The position numbers and the translations under genes were made by a program. DNA of 64,000 nt from Patescibacteria group bacterium (GTDB taxonomy: Bacteria > Omnitrophota > Gorgyraeia > Gygaellales > Profunditerraquicolaceae). The stretch lies in contig DATJPV010000036.1 in the NCBI GenBank assembly GCA_035506195.1, positions 16,100 to 80,099 of the forward strand, written 5' to 3'. Of the stretch, positions 29,512-40,236 are shown in pieces. The notes under the pieces are model-generated. The model searched no databases. It was not told where the DNA came from and saw only the letters and a program-made list of their open reading frames with translations. Positions within the stretch are counted from its first letter, which is position 1. Each line of letters begins with the position of its first letter.

Positions 29512-31049
29512 AAGGGCAGATGAAAAAGAAAGAGTACACGCGCAAAGACGTCGAAAAAATTATTACCCTCGGCAGGCAAAAAGGCTACTTGACGTACGAC
29601 GAAGTCAACGACATGCTGCCGGAGGACGTGTCTTCCTCGGAAGATATCGATAAGATATTCGAATTGATAGGCGACGAAGACATACAGCTGGTCGAGCATG
29701 AGTCGGAAAGAGAGCCCGAGAAGCCCGACCGCGTCGTCCGGGAAGACGTCTTGCCGGAACAGCCAAAATCGGAAGAGCGCTTTCTGCCGCTCGATGACCC
29801 CGTGAAGATGTACCTGAAACAGATGGGGTCGATCTCGCTCCTTTCCCGCGAGAACGAAATTGAGCTGGCCAAGAAGATCGAAGAGGCGGAGGACAAATTC
29901 AAACGCGCAGCGCTGGTAACGAAATTCTCCCGCAATGCGATATTATCGGAAGTCGACTGTATCCTTGAGGGGACCGTCAACCTTGACGATGTGGTCAAAG
30001 AAGAGATCAAGACCAACAAGAGCCCCATCCTCAAAAGGATCAAGCGTATCGCCGACCGCCTCAGGCAGACCCGCAGCGAACAAAAAAGCCTTGAGTTCTT
30101 GCTGCAATTCAATTTTACCACGTCCGTCATCGAAGGCGTAGTCCAGAAACAGGCCGGCCTCCTGAGAGAATACGATTACCTGGTCCGCAAAGGCCGGGGC
30201 AACCGGCAGCGCAAACAGGCTATCCTACGGCTGCTGGGCGAATCATACGGCACGATCAAGGAGCAGACCAAGCTCATTAAATCCACGCACCTGAAGTTCA
30301 ACCGTACGAAGAAACGGCTTGTGGAGGCGAACCTGCGCCTGGTCGTCAGCATTGCCAAAAAATACACCAATCGGGGGCTTTCTTTCCTGGACCTGATCCA
30401 GGAAGGCAATATCGGCCTCATGCGCGCGGTAGAGAAGTTCGAATATAAGAGAGGGTACAAATTCTCCACCTACGCCACCTGGTGGATACGCCAGGCGATC
30501 ACCCGTTCCATTGCCGATCAGGCGCGGACCATCCGGATACCCGTGCATATGACCGAAACGATTAACAAGATCATCCGTTTTTCCCGCATCTTTGTCCAGG
30601 AGAACGGCCGGGAACCCGTTCCCGAAGAGATCGCCCAAAAGATGCGCCTTCCCCAGGATAAAGTGAAGGCAATATTGAAAATTGCGCAGGAACCCATTTC
30701 CCTGCAGACGCCCATCGGCGACGAAGGGGATACGCATTTCGGCGATTTCATCCAGGACAAAAAAGCGGTTTCTCCGGCCAATGCGACGGTCCGCGCCATG
30801 TTGAAGGACGAGATGAATTCTGCCTTGAGCACGCTCACCGAACGCGAAAAGAAGATCCTGGTGTTGCGGTTCGGCATTCATGACGGCTGCCAACGCACCC
30901 TGGAAGAAGTCGGCAATGTATTCAAAGTGACCAGGGAGCGGGTACGCCAGATCGAAGCAAAGGCGCTCAAAAAACTCAGGCATCCTACGCGTTCCCGGAG
31001 GCTGCGCACCTTTCTGGATATGACCATCGCGCATCAGCGGGAATATTAA
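29508..31049 (+). CDS. rpoD: Primary sigma factor
   Basis: Region 1.1, [30 protein letters not shown] and TRERVRQIE. Confidence 0.96.
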   Translation: MKGQMKKKEYTRKDVEKIITLGRQKGYLTYDEVNDMLPEDVSSSEDIDKIFELIGDEDIQLVEHESEREPEKPDRVVREDVLPEQPKSEERFLPLDDPVKMYLKQMGSISLLSRENEIELAKKIEEAEDKFKRAALVTKFSRNAILSEVDCILEGTVNLDDVVKEEIKTNKSPILKRIKRIADRLRQTRSEQKSLEFLLQFNFTTSVIEGVVQKQAGLLREYDYLVRKGRGNRQRKQAILRLLGESYGTIKEQTKLIKSTHLKFNRTKKRLVEANLRLVVSIAKKYTNRGLSFLDLIQEGNIGLMRAVEKFEYKRGYKFSTYATWWIRQAITRSIADQARTIRIPVHMTETINKIIRFSRIFVQENGREPVPEEIAQKMRLPQDKVKAILKIAQEPISLQTPIGDEGDTHFGDFIQDKKAVSPANATVRAMLKDEMNSALSTLTEREKKILVLRFGIHDGCQRTLEEVGNVFKVTRERVRQIEAKALKKLRHPTRSRRLRTFLDMTIAHQREY

Positions 31050-31063
31050 ACGCTCCTGCCTAC

Positions 31064-31813
31064 ATGAATAAGTCCTGCCGGCTCTTTTCGGCCGTGCTTT
31101 TAACCGCCCTTATCTGCCTGCCTTTTGCGCCCCCTGCTTTTGGCCTGGGCGCAGATTCGATCATCGATACCATCCAGCGGTCTTTTTCCTGTTTTGTCAT
31201 GATCACCTCTGAGAACTTCGCACTCTATCAATCACAGGAGCAGCTCGTAGGAGATGCCCGGACAAAGAGCATTGTGTCGGTAAGGCCGCTGCATATCGCA
31301 AAGTATGCCCGGCAGGGGGCGGGGGTCCTCCTTGATGCAAAAGGCATCATTGTCACAAACGCGCATACGGTCGAAAACGCAGGCAAGGTCAAGGTTACGC
31401 TGCGCAACAAAACCGAGCTGCCCGCAGAGGTGGTCATGGTCATTCCGGAAGACGACCTGGCTTTTATCAAGGTCACCACTTCCCTGCCTTTAAGAGGCAT
31501 GGCGCTTGCCGAGCAGTCTAGCATTCAATTGGGCGCGACAGTCTATAACGTGGGCGCTTCCGAGATCTTGCGGGGGTCTATTACCGAGGGGAAAATTACC
31601 GGTATCGGCAGCAAGGAAAAAGATACGGTCGATCTGTTCAAGATTAATTTCGATGTGTATCGCGGCGACAGCGGAGGCCCGGTCATCAGCGGCGACGGAA
31701 AGATCGTAGGATTGATCGTGGCCGGTTCCACCACGGGGGGCCGTTTGAGTATCGCGATCCCCGCCAACAAGATAAAGAAGCGCTACCAGCAATACCTGGA
31801 AGCCAATCCTTAA
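31064..31813 (+). CDS. Secreted trypsin-like serine protease
   Basis: TNAH, DLA and GDSGGP catalytic motifs; no PDZ domain. Confidence 0.85.
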   Translation: MNKSCRLFSAVLLTALICLPFAPPAFGLGADSIIDTIQRSFSCFVMITSENFALYQSQEQLVGDARTKSIVSVRPLHIAKYARQGAGVLLDAKGIIVTNAHTVENAGKVKVTLRNKTELPAEVVMVIPEDDLAFIKVTTSLPLRGMALAEQSSIQLGATVYNVGASEILRGSITEGKITGIGSKEKDTVDLFKINFDVYRGDSGGPVISGDGKIVGLIVAGSTTGGRLSIAIPANKIKKRYQQYLEANP

Positions 31814-31847
31814 GGCTCGCGCGGCCCGCCAGCCAAAATATTTCCCC

Positions 31848-31876
31848 TTGCCAAAAACCGTAAAAACAAGTAAAAT
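31848..31876 (+). promoter_or_regulatory. Sigma70 promoter for the tRNA pair
   Basis: TTGCCA-17bp-TAAAAT. Confidence 0.6.
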
Positions 31877-31902
31877 AAAGTTCTAACTTTTGCTGTAAAT
31901 GA

Positions 31903-31975
31903 GGGCCCATAGCTCAGTGGTTAGAGCAGGTGACTCATAATCACTTGGTCCGGGGTTCGAATCCCTGTGGGCCCA
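31903..31975 (+). tRNA. tRNA with CAT anticodon, most likely Ile2 (lysidine-modified)
   Basis: GGGCCCA/TGGGCCC acceptor, GGTGA-CTCATAA-TCACT arm; lacks the initiator GGG/CCC anticodon stem. Confidence 0.88.
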
Positions 31976-32006
31976 GGATCGTGTATATACGGGTGAAACG
32001 TTTTTG

Positions 32007-32083
32007 GGGCGCATGGCTCAGCTGGTTAGAGCGCCACACTCACATTGTGGAGATCGAGGGTCCGAATCCTTCTGCGCCCACCA
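32007..32083 (+). tRNA. tRNA-Val (CAC) with encoded CCA
   Basis: GGGCGCA/TGCGCCC acceptor, CCACA-CTCACAT-TGTGG arm; T-loop TCCGAAT. Confidence 0.9.
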
Positions 32084-32094
32084 TTTAATTATCC

Positions 32095-32826
32095 ATGGAC
32101 AGTATTGACTTAAAAACACAGATCGCTAACCTCAGCAAGCTTCAGGATATCGATACCGCTATTTATTCTTTGACCCACGAGAAGAACAATAAGCCTGAAG
32201 AGATCAAGGCGCTGGATGCTGCGTTTGAGGCCAAAAAGCAGCATATGGCGGAGCTGGAGAAGGCCGGGCTTGACCTGCACAAGCAGAAGAAAGACAAAGA
32301 GTTGGAGCTGGCTTCGAAGGAAGAGGCGGCAAAGAAGTTGCAGACCCAGCTGTATTCTTTGAAGACCAACAAAGAATACCACGCCATGATGCAGCAGATC
32401 GAAGACTCCAAGGCCGATGCCTCCGTGATCGAAGATAAGATCCTGGAGGTCTTGGACAAAAGCGATAAGCTCAAAGGCGAGATCGAGGCCGAGAAGCAGC
32501 GCCTCAAGGAAGAAGAGAAGCTTTTTGCGGAACAGAAAAAGAAGGTTCAGGACAGGGTCAAGGAAATAGACGACCGCCTGGCGCAATTGGGGGCGCAGCG
32601 CCAGCAAGCCGTGGAGGGGGTTGACCCCAAGATCCTGTCCCAGTACGACCGGATCCTGGCTAACCGGGACGGCCTGGCAATCGTCAAGGTAACGAATAAT
32701 TCCTGCGGAGGCTGTAACATGTATGTGCCTCCCCAGGTCATCAACCTCATCAAGATGTATGACCGCCTCATTACCTGTGAGGTGTGCAACCGGATCCTGG
32801 CGATAGATGACTCCGAAGAAGTGTGA
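32095..32826 (+). CDS. Coiled-coil protein with C4-type zinc ribbon
   Basis: Long coiled coil; CGGC...CEVCNRIL. Confidence 0.85.
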   Translation: MDSIDLKTQIANLSKLQDIDTAIYSLTHEKNNKPEEIKALDAAFEAKKQHMAELEKAGLDLHKQKKDKELELASKEEAAKKLQTQLYSLKTNKEYHAMMQQIEDSKADASVIEDKILEVLDKSDKLKGEIEAEKQRLKEEEKLFAEQKKKVQDRVKEIDDRLAQLGAQRQQAVEGVDPKILSQYDRILANRDGLAIVKVTNNSCGGCNMYVPPQVINLIKMYDRLITCEVCNRILAIDDSEEV

Positions 32827-33214
32827 AATCTATATCGACGGCGCCTCCAAGGGGAACCCCGGCCCGGCCGGAGTAGGCGCGATCCTGACCCAGGGCGGTT
32901 GTGTCCTGAAAAACATATCCGAGCACATCGGGCATACCACGAATAACGTCGCGGAATACACCGCGTTGATATATGCGCTGCAGGAGGCGTTGATCCTGAA
33001 AGTCGAAAGTTTGGACATACGCACGGACAGCGAGCTTCTTTACCGGCAGATAAAAAAGGAATACAAAGTAAGGAATCCCAATATCGCAGGCTTATACCGC
33101 CAGGCGGTGCATCTGATGTCGGCCTTCAAAGAGGTCGCCATACGCCATATTCCCCGGGAAGAAAACAAGGGCGCGGATAAATTAGCGACCATGGGGGCGG
33201 CTAAGAAGCCTTAG
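32807..33214 (+). CDS. rnhA: Ribonuclease HI family protein
   Basis: DGASKGNPG, TNNVAEY, DSEL and NKGADKLA. Confidence 0.88.
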   Translation: MTPKKCEIYIDGASKGNPGPAGVGAILTQGGCVLKNISEHIGHTTNNVAEYTALIYALQEALILKVESLDIRTDSELLYRQIKKEYKVRNPNIAGLYRQAVHLMSAFKEVAIRHIPREENKGADKLATMGAAKKP

Positions 33215-33232
33215 CCGGCGGATAGGATCTTT

Positions 33233-33607
33233 GACAACCGGAGGGAGCGGAACGTGGCTACTCCCAGATTATACGGGAGAGGAAAGTCCGGGCTCCGCAG
33301 GGCAACGTAGTGGGTAACGCCCACATGGCCAACATAGGCCAATGATTAGAGCTACAGAGACGGATTACCCCGTTCACGATTTGCCTTTAGTTTGCGAAGC
33401 AAAGTAAAGGCAGTGGGGTATGTGAAACGAGCAATCTCTACGTGGAGCAAGGCCGAATAGGAGACCAGGGGTTGCCCATCCCGTTATGAGTCTCGGGTAG
33501 GCTGCTTAATCCCGGCGGTAACGCCGGGCTTTAGAGGAATGGCCACTTTAGGAAGCGGTATTCGCATCCCACACAGAACCCGGCTTATTCTGTTCCGTCC
33601 GGTTGTC
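33233..33607 (+). ncRNA. rnpB: RNase P RNA (type A)
   Basis: GAGGAAAGTCCGGGCTC and ACAGAACCCGGCTTA conserved segments; complementary ends GACAACCGGA/TCCGGTTGTC. Confidence 0.95.
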
Positions 33608-33742
33608 ATAAAATGATAGCATTTCTGATGTTCAACTCTTGACCGCAAAACACTGGCAAAATTTCCAGCATAGCTGAAAATTTTGCCGTTGCGGTCAGGA
33701 TTTCGCTAGACAAAAGCATAAGGTGCTCAAGGAGGGTAAAAA

Positions 33743-34498
33743 ATGTCAGGTCATTCGAAATGGAAGACGAACAAAGGCAAGAAAATGGCGGCGGATGCCG
33801 CAAAGGGCGCGACCTACACCAAGCTGATCAAGGAACTCGTTGTGGTTGCCCGCGAAGGGGGCGGTAATCCCGAAACCAATTACAAGTTGCGCGCGATCAT
33901 GGCCAAGGCCAAAGAGGCGAATATGCCTTCGGAAAACGTCAAGACCGCGATAAAACGCGGGACCGGCGAGCTGCCCGGCGTCATTTACGAGTCGGTCACC
34001 TATGAGGGCTACGGCCCGGGAGGCGTCGCATTGTTGATCGAGACGCTCACCGATAATAAAAACCGCGCCAGCGCAGAGATACGCAATATCATGTCTAAGA
34101 AAGGCGCCAATATGGCCGGCGCGGGTTCGGTCAGCTGGATGTTCGCCCGTAAAGGGTATATCGTGGTTGAAAAAACCCAGGCCAAGGAAGACGATATCAT
34201 GGGCATAGTCATCGACGCAGGGGCCGAAGATATGAAGTCGGAAGGCAAAAATTACGAGATCTTTACCGCTCCCCAGAACCTGGAGAACGTCAAAAACGCC
34301 CTGCAGGCCAAGGGTATCCAGTGGATTGAGGCGGAAGTTACCATGGTCCCTTCTTCGACGATCAAGGTGACCGGAGAGATCGCCAAGCAGTTGATTTCTC
34401 TGATCGAGACGCTCGAAGAGCATGATGATGTGCAGTCGGTAAGCGATAATTCCGAGATACCCGATGAGGTTATGGAGCAGTTATCCTCTGAATCATAG
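33743..34498 (+). CDS. yebC: YebC/PmpR-family protein
   Basis: MSGHSKW, YEGYGPGG and TDNKNR. Confidence 0.93.
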   Translation: MSGHSKWKTNKGKKMAADAAKGATYTKLIKELVVVAREGGGNPETNYKLRAIMAKAKEANMPSENVKTAIKRGTGELPGVIYESVTYEGYGPGGVALLIETLTDNKNRASAEIRNIMSKKGANMAGAGSVSWMFARKGYIVVEKTQAKEDDIMGIVIDAGAEDMKSEGKNYEIFTAPQNLENVKNALQAKGIQWIEAEVTMVPSSTIKVTGEIAKQLISLIETLEEHDDVQSVSDNSEIPDEVMEQLSSES

Positions 34499-34501
34499 CG
34501 C

Positions 34502-34984
34502 ATGCGTATCGTAGGCATCGACCCTGCCTTGACTGTTACCGGTTACGGCGTTATCAATATTGAGCGCGACAAGATCGCGCTGATAGAAGCAGGCATCATT
34601 AAGACATCCCCCCGCCAGATGCTTGTGGAACGGCTCGGCAGCATCTATACCGCGGTACAGAAGTTGATTGCGGATACGCATCCGGACGTGCTGGTGGTTG
34701 AGAAGATTTACGCGCATTACCGGCATCCCACGACGGCGTACGTGTTAGGGCATGCCCGCGGGGTCATCTGCCTTGCCTGTGCGCTGCAGAAGGTCCCGTT
34801 GATCGAATACGCGGCAACGCGGGTCAAGAAAGCGATCGTCGGCAAGGGCCTGGCCTCGAAACAGCAGGTGCAGCGGGTGGTGGCCGGTATCCTTGGATTG
34901 TCGAGCCTCCCAAAATATGCGGACGTCACCGATGCCTTGGCATTAGCCATTGCGCATAGCTATATCTTACGGGCAAAAATATGA
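34502..34984 (+). CDS. ruvC: Holliday junction resolvase
   Basis: GIDP, TGYGVI, ARGVI and DALALA. Confidence 0.93.
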   Translation: MRIVGIDPALTVTGYGVINIERDKIALIEAGIIKTSPRQMLVERLGSIYTAVQKLIADTHPDVLVVEKIYAHYRHPTTAYVLGHARGVICLACALQKVPLIEYAATRVKKAIVGKGLASKQQVQRVVAGILGLSSLPKYADVTDALALAIAHSYILRAKI

Positions 34985-35607
34985 TCGCCAAAATATGCGG
35001 CAAGATCACCGAAAAAGGCAACCACCACATCCTGCTTGATGTGGGGGGCATTTCGTATCAAGTATTGATCCCTCCCGCAGTCATGCAGCGCCTGGATGAG
35101 AGCGTTGCTGCCGACGGCCTGGTGCAGTTGATCACGTATCACTACCATCACCTGGAGCCTTCCCGCAGCACCCCGGTGCTCATCGGTTTCTTGAATGAAA
35201 TCGAAAAAGAATTCTTCGAGGTTTTTATCACCGTCTCCGGCATCGGCCCGCGCGCGGCGCTCAGGGCCCTCGATAAGCCCATTTCCGAGATTGCGCGGGC
35301 GATCGACGAAGCAGACATCGAATTCTTAAAGTCCCTTCCCGGCATAGGCCAGCAGAGGGCGCGGGAGATTGTGGCAAAGCTCCAGAACAAGGTCGGCAAA
35401 TTCGGTCTGATCAAGGATGATTCGCTGCGCGCCCGCCAGGCGCAGCATAAGGATATCGCAGAAGAAGCGGTCGCAGTCTTGATGCAGCTTGAATATAAAA
35501 GGCCCGAAGCAACGTCAATGATCAAGAAGGCGTTGGAACGTTGCGGCCAGGCCCTCACTACCGAAGAGCTTCTCAACGAAGTCTACCGTCAAAGGCGGGC
35601 ACGATAA
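34981..35607 (+). CDS. ruvA: Holliday junction branch migration protein
   Basis: DVGGISY, VSGIGPRAA and LPGIG HhH motifs. Confidence 0.9.
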   Translation: MIAKICGKITEKGNHHILLDVGGISYQVLIPPAVMQRLDESVAADGLVQLITYHYHHLEPSRSTPVLIGFLNEIEKEFFEVFITVSGIGPRAALRALDKPISEIARAIDEADIEFLKSLPGIGQQRAREIVAKLQNKVGKFGLIKDDSLRARQAQHKDIAEEAVAVLMQLEYKRPEATSMIKKALERCGQALTTEELLNEVYRQRRAR

Positions 35608-36237
35608 ATGGCAGAGGATACGGTAAAAGCAATTATCGAAGCGCTGATATTTACCAGCGAACGCCCCATCTCCATCGACCAGATCAAAAATATCCTGGAT
35701 AGCCTGGAGCCAAGCGAGATACGGGCGTTGATCGAGCAGATGAAGGCCGAGTATGAGCAGTCCAACCGCGGCATGCGCATCGTCGAAGTAGCCGGCGGTT
35801 TTCAGATGACCACTCCTGCGATGCTGGCGCCTTTTTTGCGCAAGCTGTATAAACAGCGCCGGGTAGAAAGGCTGTCCAAACCCGCCCTGGAGACATTAGC
35901 CATCATCGCATATAAGCAGCCGGTGAGCAAAATGGAGATCGAGACGCTGCGTAACGTCAATGTCGACGGCGTCATGGAGAGCCTTTTGGAAAAGAGCCTT
36001 ATCCGCATCACCGGCAGGAAAAAAGCCCCGGGCAGGCCTTTTGTGTTCGGCACTACCCGCCAATTTCTGGAATATTTCGGGCTCAAATCCCTTGAAGAAC
36101 TGCCGAAGCTCGAAGATTTTTCCAAACTATCGCCGAAGGCCGAGACAGAGGAAGAAGCCGCCCCGGCCGCGCAGGGAAGCGCGCAGGCAGAGCCGGCAGT
36201 AAAGGAGAGCGCAGATGAAGTTGAACCAATTGCGTAA
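35608..36237 (+). CDS. scpB: SMC-Scp complex subunit
   Basis: LSKPALETLAIIAYKQP, GRP and FGLKSLEELP. Confidence 0.93.
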   Translation: MAEDTVKAIIEALIFTSERPISIDQIKNILDSLEPSEIRALIEQMKAEYEQSNRGMRIVEVAGGFQMTTPAMLAPFLRKLYKQRRVERLSKPALETLAIIAYKQPVSKMEIETLRNVNVDGVMESLLEKSLIRITGRKKAPGRPFVFGTTRQFLEYFGLKSLEELPKLEDFSKLSPKAETEEEAAPAAQGSAQAEPAVKESADEVEPIA

Positions 36238-37276
36238 ACAGATCGATACGCTGGATGATAAGATCGTTGGGCTGCTGAACAGGCGCGCGGGTTTTTCTCT
36301 GGCGGTCGCCCGGGTCAAGCGCAGATCCGGCAAGAGCGCCTATTCTCCGGACAGAGAGACCCAAGTGTTGCGCAGGGTCGCGCGCACCAATAAGGGCCCC
36401 TTGACGCCGCAGGCCGTCCAGGCGGTCTACCGCGAGATCATGTCTTCAAGTCTGGCCCTCGGCGCATCCCTTAAGATCGCCTATCTTGGGCCGGAGGCGA
36501 CCTTCACCCAGTTGTCGGCGCTCAAGAAATTCGGCTCTCAGGTCAGCTATATGCCCTGTAACAGCATCAGCGACGTGTTCCTGCAGGTGGAAAAAGGGAA
36601 TGCCGATTACGGCGTCATCCCCATCGAGAATTCGATCGAGGGGGCGGTTACGCACACCCTGGATATGCTGGTTGATTCCGACTTGAAGATTTGTTCGCAG
36701 ATCATGCTGGATGTCGCGCACAACCTTTTGGCCCGCTGTCCGAAGGGCCGCATTCGGCGGATATATTCCAACCCTCAGGTGTTCGGGCAGTGCCGGATCT
36801 GGCTGCAGGAGAACTTGCCCCTGGCGGAGAAGATCGAGGTCTCAAGCACGACCCGCGCCGCGCAGATCGCCGCAAAAGAAAAGTACAGCGCCGCCATCGC
36901 TTCGCAGCTGGCCGCCAAGGTATACGGCCTGAAGGTCATTGCAGCCGATATCGAAGATTCTCCTTATAATATCACGCGGTTTTTGGTTATCGGCAAAACC
37001 GACGTGCCGGCAACCGGCAAAGACCGGACCTCGATCGTGTTTTCCATCAAAGACAAGGTAGGCGCCCTGCACGACATGCTCGCACCCTTCGAGAAATACC
37101 GGATTAATCTGACCAAGATCGAATCGCGGCCCTCAAAGAGAAAGGCCTGGGATTATTATTTCTTTGTGGACTTAGAAGGGCACCGTGATGAACCCAGGGT
37201 AAAGAAGGCATTTCAGGAACTGGAAAGCAAATGTAAATTTTTGAAAGTGTTAGGCTCCTATCCCATAGGGGAATAG
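36215..37276 (+). CDS. pheA: Chorismate mutase/prephenate dehydratase
   Basis: N-terminal CM domain, PIENSIEG, TRF and ESRP. Confidence 0.94.
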   Translation: MKLNQLRKQIDTLDDKIVGLLNRRAGFSLAVARVKRRSGKSAYSPDRETQVLRRVARTNKGPLTPQAVQAVYREIMSSSLALGASLKIAYLGPEATFTQLSALKKFGSQVSYMPCNSISDVFLQVEKGNADYGVIPIENSIEGAVTHTLDMLVDSDLKICSQIMLDVAHNLLARCPKGRIRRIYSNPQVFGQCRIWLQENLPLAEKIEVSSTTRAAQIAAKEKYSAAIASQLAAKVYGLKVIAADIEDSPYNITRFLVIGKTDVPATGKDRTSIVFSIKDKVGALHDMLAPFEKYRINLTKIESRPSKRKAWDYYFFVDLEGHRDEPRVKKAFQELESKCKFLKVLGSYPIGE

Positions 37277-37294
37277 CGGCCGCAAGGAGAACGC

Positions 37295-38374
37295 ATGGAC
37301 CTCGTCAGGAAAGATATTTCCTCGGTTACCGCGTATGTCGCCGGCAAGCCGATCGAAGAGACCAAACGCCAGCTCGGCCTTAAGGAAGTGATAAAGCTGG
37401 CTTCCAACGAAAACCCGCTGGGGGCCTCCTCCCGGGCGCTGGCGGCGATGAAGAAAAGCCTGTCTTCCATCCATCGGTACCCCGACAGCAACGGTTTCTA
37501 CTTGAAAAAGCGGCTCGCCAGGCACCTGGCCGTCGAGCCGGGCAATATCGTGCTCGGTAACGGTTCCGATGAACTTATCGACATCATTATCAAGACGTTC
37601 GTGGAGAATGATGAACGCATCCTTACTGCGGATGTGACGTTCCTGGAATACGAAATTATCGCCAAGGTCAACGGCCGCAGCGTGGATACGGTGCCCTTGA
37701 AATATTTCGCTTATGACCTGGAGGCAATGAAGAAAAAGATCGACAAAAAAACAAAACTGGTCTTCATCGCCAACCCCAATAATCCTACCGGCACCTACGT
37801 CACCAGGTATGCCTTGGAAGATTTCCTGGCGGATATCCCGCCGCAGGTGGTCGTCGTGCTGGATGAGGCATATGAGACATTCATTGACGTCGATGATTTT
37901 CCCGCCAGCATGTCCTACGTGCATAATAAGAACGTCATCCTGATGAAGACGTTCTCCAAGGCATACGGCCTGGCAGGCCTGCGTATCGGCTATGCGGTCG
38001 CCCGGACCGATTTTACGGGGTACATGGAAAGGGTCAGGCAGCCCTTTAACACCAACCTCCTGGCGCAGGCGGCTGCCCTGGCTGCCCTGGATGACCGGGC
38101 TTTCCTTAAAAAGACCCGCGCGGTGGTGCTGGAGGGCAAGAATTACCTGTATGCCGCCCTGAAGAAATCCGGCATACCCTTCGTGCCGTCCGTGGCCAAC
38201 TTCCTGCTTATCGATACCGGTAAGGACGGCTTAACCGTCTTTAAGGATATGCTCAAGTACGGCGTCATTGTCAGGGACATGAAGCAATACGGCCTGAAGA
38301 ATTTTATCCGGGTCACTATCGGCACCAAAAGAGAGAACGAACGGTTTGTGAAGGTCCTTAAAAAGGTGTTGTAA
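37295..38374 (+). CDS. hisC: Histidinol-phosphate aminotransferase
   Basis: KLASNENP, GNGSDE, NPNNPTG and TFSKAYGLAGLR. Confidence 0.93.
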   Translation: MDLVRKDISSVTAYVAGKPIEETKRQLGLKEVIKLASNENPLGASSRALAAMKKSLSSIHRYPDSNGFYLKKRLARHLAVEPGNIVLGNGSDELIDIIIKTFVENDERILTADVTFLEYEIIAKVNGRSVDTVPLKYFAYDLEAMKKKIDKKTKLVFIANPNNPTGTYVTRYALEDFLADIPPQVVVVLDEAYETFIDVDDFPASMSYVHNKNVILMKTFSKAYGLAGLRIGYAVARTDFTGYMERVRQPFNTNLLAQAAALAALDDRAFLKKTRAVVLEGKNYLYAALKKSGIPFVPSVANFLLIDTGKDGLTVFKDMLKYGVIVRDMKQYGLKNFIRVTIGTKRENERFVKVLKKVL

Positions 38375-38389
38375 GGAGGTAGGCCAAAC

Positions 38390-39406
38390 ATGATCATCGT
38401 ATTAAGGGGAGACGCCACGGATGCGCAGGTAAAACATATTCTCGACCGGGCCGATAAGCTGGGGCTTAAACCGCATATTTCTAAAGGGACAGAACGTACG
38501 ATCATCGGGCTCATCGGGCCGGAAGATGCCCTCCGGGCCATTCCTTTGGAGGTTTTTCCGGGGGTTGAGCGGGTCATCCCGGTCCTGGCTCCTTACAAAC
38601 TGGTTTCCCGGGAATTCCGCCCCGAACCTTCGGTGATCGACGTGGGCAAGGGCGTCAAGATCGGCGGCAAGAAAGTAGTGGTTATGGCCGGGCCCTGCAC
38701 GATCGAAAACTACGATACCTTATACGAGATCGCCGTCGAAGTCAAAAAGGCGGGCGCCACGGTTTTACGCGGAGGGGCATTCAAACCCCGCACTTCCCCC
38801 TATAGTTTTCAGGGGTTGGGCGAAGAGGGGTTGAAATATTTGAGCCAGGCCTCCAAGGAGCTCGGCCTGGCAACGGTCAGCGAGGTCATGGATACCCGCG
38901 ATGTCGGCCTGCTTGAACGCTACGTGGATATCTTCCAGATCGGCGCGCGCAATATGCAGAATTTTAACCTGTTGAAAGAAGTGGGCATGACGAAAAAACC
39001 GGTGCTCTTGAAAAGGGGGATGTCCTCGACCGTCAAAGAACTGCTCATGTCTGCGGAATATATCCTTTCCGGCGGGAATTTCAATGTCATCCTCTGCGAA
39101 CGCGGTATCCGTACGTTCGAAGATTCGACCCGCAATACCATGGATATAAGCGCGGTCCCGGTCGTCAAGCAGCTTTCGCACCTGCCCATCATCATCGATC
39201 CCAGCCATGCCGCGGGGGCTTGGGGCCTGGTCCCGGCGCTTGCCAAAGCCGGGGTGGCTGCCGGAGCCGACGGGCTGATCATCGAAGTGCACAGCCATCC
39301 CGAGGAGGCGGTTTCGGACGGGGCCCAGTCGCTCATACCGCCGAACTTTTCCGCGTTAATGAAAGACATGCGCGCATTGGCCGGCTGCATCGGGAGAGAG
39401 ATGTGA
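38390..39406 (+). CDS. aroF: DAHP synthase (type I-beta)
   Basis: [20 protein letters not shown] and DPSH. Confidence 0.93.
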   Translation: MIIVLRGDATDAQVKHILDRADKLGLKPHISKGTERTIIGLIGPEDALRAIPLEVFPGVERVIPVLAPYKLVSREFRPEPSVIDVGKGVKIGGKKVVVMAGPCTIENYDTLYEIAVEVKKAGATVLRGGAFKPRTSPYSFQGLGEEGLKYLSQASKELGLATVSEVMDTRDVGLLERYVDIFQIGARNMQNFNLLKEVGMTKKPVLLKRGMSSTVKELLMSAEYILSGGNFNVILCERGIRTFEDSTRNTMDISAVPVVKQLSHLPIIIDPSHAAGAWGLVPALAKAGVAAGADGLIIEVHSHPEEAVSDGAQSLIPPNFSALMKDMRALAGCIGREM

Positions 39407-40236
39407 TGAAATTATTTAACACCGTCGCGATCGTTGGCACCGGTTTGATCGGAGGCTCTATCGGTCTTGACCTGAAGGCAAAAAAGCTGGCGGCTCGGGT
39501 CATCGGCGTCAGCCGCCACCGCCGCACGATCGCCCTGGCGCGGCAAAGCGGGGCCATCGATTCGGGGTCGCAGGATATCCGCGCCGTCAAAGGCGCGGAC
39601 CTGGTCATTTTGGCTACACCGGTAGAGACGATCATGGAATTGGCGCCCAGGATCAGCCGCCTGATCGGGCCGGACTGTATCGTTACCGATGTCGGCAGCA
39701 CCAAGGCCGAGATCGTCGCGCGCCTGGAAAAGGTCTTTGTGCGCTTTGTAGGCAGCCATCCCCTCGCAGGTTCCGAGCGCAGGGGTATTCAGCATGCCTC
39801 TGCCGGCCTGTTGCGCAATTCCCTGTGCCTGGTCACTCCTACGAAACATACCGATCCGCAGGCCTTGGCGAAGGTCAAGCGGCTCTGGTTAAAGCTGGGT
39901 GCTAAGGTTATTACCATGACCCCCCGGATGCATGATGAGGCTTTGGCGTTTGTCAGCCATCTGCCCCACGCGGCAGCGTATTCCCTGATAAATACGGTTC
40001 CGCCTGAATATCTCAGGTTTTGCGCAGGCGGCTTAAAAGATACTACGCGCATCGCCTCTTCGGATCCTGCGATCTGGGTCGATATCTTTTTGAGCAACCG
40101 CGTAAACATCCTGCGTGCGATCGACAGGCTGCAGGGCAAGCTATCCGGTATGAGGTCCGCACTTTCGCGTAAGAAACGCAGCGCCCTCGTTTCGATCCTG
40201 CATTCGGGTCAGAAAAAAAGAGCATCTTTGAAATGA
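39406..40236 (+). CDS. tyrA: Prephenate dehydrogenase
   Basis: GTGLIGGS, TDVGSTK, HPLAGSE, SHLPH and DTTRIA. Confidence 0.92.
   Translation: MKLFNTVAIVGTGLIGGSIGLDLKAKKLAARVIGVSRHRRTIALARQSGAIDSGSQDIRAVKGADLVILATPVETIMELAPRISRLIGPDCIVTDVGSTKAEIVARLEKVFVRFVGSHPLAGSERRGIQHASAGLLRNSLCLVTPTKHTDPQALAKVKRLWLKLGAKVITMTPRMHDEALAFVSHLPHAAAYSLINTVPPEYLRFCAGGLKDTTRIASSDPAIWVDIFLSNRVNILRAIDRLQGKLSGMRSALSRKKRSALVSILHSGQKKRASLK

Noticed and set aside
31903-31975. CAT tRNA as initiator Met
   Set aside because: It has a paired 1-72 position and lacks the three consecutive G-C pairs in the anticodon stem; the sequence resembles Ile2
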